From: an uncultured Oscillospiraceae bacterium
GTDB taxonomy: Bacteria > Bacillota > Clostridia > Oscillospirales > Acutalibacteraceae
Reading direction: 5' to 3'
Length of the DNA: 64,000 nt
Assembly: GCA_900545655.1 (NCBI GenBank)
Contig: UQZY01000002.1
Coordinates: 22,543 to 86,542, forward strand
Below the pieces are notes generated by a model. It was not told the origin of the DNA. It did not search any database and saw only the letters and a list, made by a program, of their open reading frames with translations. Shown here one piece after another: positions 62,882-64,000 of this stretch; within the stretch, counting starts at the first letter, position 1; the number at the start of each line of letters is the position of its first letter. The position numbers were made by a program, and so were the translations under genes.

Positions 62882-64000
62882 TTAATCCTGTTCCGCAGCC
62901 TCGGTTACTTCAACGTCGGTCCAAACCTGAAGTATAACGGTTGTACCCTTGTTGTATTGCTCGCCGACATTTAAGTTTGCGGAAGCAACTGTTCCCGAAG
63001 TCTCCTTACCGGAGTTTGCTTTCTCAACCTTTTTACACTTGAAACCAAGCTCCGTGAGCTTTGCACTGGCGGCTTCATAGGTTTCTTTTGTGACGTCTAT
63101 CATGGTTATCTGCTCGGTTCCCTTTGAGATAACAAGTGAAATTTTGGTGCCCTTCGGAACCTTTGAGCCTTCTTTGACGCTCTGGGAAATGATATACCCG
63201 TTTTTGACCTCGTCACTGTACTCTTCGGTAGTGGTTATCTCAAAGTCTGAGAAAAATGCCTTCTGAGAAGAAATACTTGAATATGTTTTTCCCATAAATG
63301 TGGGAACAACAACCATCTCCTGAGTGCTGTCGGAGGTACCGCTGCTTTTATCCGAATTTCCCGTTCCGAAATGACCTTTTAAAACAGTCATACAGAGAAT
63401 AGCAAAAATAAGGAGAGCAATTCCTGCGGCGATGGCACCGGAAATAACGGCAACCTTTTTGGTGTCATTCGTGAACTTTGTCTTTTTTTGTTCGCCGCTT
63501 GCTGCGTTTCTTTGAGGTGCACGTCCCTGCTTTTGCTTTGACATGCTGTGCTGCGGATGTCTTTGGGGCTGTGCGGTCCTTTGAGGCTGAACCGGTCTTA
63601 TGGGACCGTTGTTATACTCTGCCGCAAGTGCTGTTGTAGGAGAGGCGGAGAGCTCGGCTCGAAACTGCTCAACAGTTTTTGTTCTGTCCTCGGGCATAAT
63701 CTGGAGAGCATTTATAAGAGCGTTTATGACGTAGGCCGGAATCTGTTCCGCAAACTTTGCGGGAATCATCATTCGGTCACCTTTCATACGAACGGTTGAT
63801 TCAATAGGCGTACTGCCTATAAGTGCACGGTAGAGGACTGCCGCAAAGGCATATATGTCAGTCCATGGTCCGGACGGAGCCTTTACTCCGAACTGTTCAA
63901 CGGGTGCGTATCCCGAGAATACCTCGGCAGCGATACCCGAATTTACGTTTCTGCACTCAGGAACACTGAATCCACCTATACGTATTTTATGGTCTGCGCA
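62882..64000 (-). CDS. PASTA-domain Ser/Thr protein kinase (PrkC/Stk1-like), C-terminal part; gene continues past window end
   Basis: The frame is open to position 64000 and encodes the kinase C-lobe (DIYAFAAVLYRALIGSTP). It then has a basic linker, a TM helix (VAVISGAIAAGIALLIFAIL) and two PASTA-like repeats. Confidence 0.8.
   Translation of the reverse strand, partial: CADHKIRIGGFSVPECRNVNSGIAAEVFSGYAPVEQFGVKAPSGPWTDIYAFAAVLYRALIGSTPIESTVRMKGDRMMIPAKFAEQIPAYVINALINALQIMPEDRTKTVEQFRAELSASPTTALAAEYNNGPIRPVQPQRTAQPQRHPQHSMSKQKQGRAPQRNAASGEQKKTKFTNDTKKVAVISGAIAAGIALLIFAILCMTVLKGHFGTGNSDKSSGTSDSTQEMVVVPTFMGKTYSSISSQKAFFSDFEITTTEEYSDEVKNGYIISQSVKEGSKVPKGTKISLVISKGTEQITMIDVTKETYEAASAKLTELGFKCKKVEKANSGKETSGTVASANLNVGEQYNKGTTVILQVWTDVEVTEAAEQD

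Overview
The window is a chromosomal segment from a low-GC Gram-positive anaerobe, most likely a sporulating Clostridia/Ruminococcaceae-type Firmicute. Coding density is high and mostly on the plus strand.

Conserved housekeeping blocks:
- yqfC/ylbJ/yqfD sporulation genes, then phoH-ybeY-era, with recO separated from era by an inserted toxin-antitoxin pair.
- mutS2, ylxM-ffh-rpsP-khpA-rimM-trmD, ptsH, uvrC, rsmD-coaD.
- ftsE-ftsX-M23 peptidase-ctpA, queH, ackA, tmcAL, mtaB, a dacA-like gene and citrate synthase.

Accessory or unusual content:
- Two type II TA modules: a frameshifted HigB-like toxin with an XRE antitoxin inserted between era and recO, and a HicAB pair.
- A tRNA-Leu(UAG) flanked by an Rpn-family remnant and a WYL regulator.
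- A GlpA-like/DUF1667 oxidoreductase trio next to an AGPS-like flavoenzyme.
- A 735-aa repeat-rich membrane protein with a cadherin-like domain and a long acidic tail.
- FtsE with a ~225-aa Ala/Ser/Thr-rich C-terminal extension.
- A lipase homolog lacking the nucleophile serine.

The strongest candidate for an undescribed system is at 42.4-50.6 kb. A trimeric HydABC-type [FeFe] hydrogenase operon has its hydC gene separated from hydB-hydA by a 4.1-kb cassette. The cassette encodes a sensory HydS-like [FeFe]-hydrogenase homolog, two GHKL serine-kinase-like ATPases, a PHP phosphatase and two DRTGG proteins. This looks like a non-canonical partner-switching module. It is followed by a TM1266-type regulator plus an ABC transporter, and by a 31-bp duplication of the ackA 3' end.

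All calls are from reading the sequence. No database searches were run.
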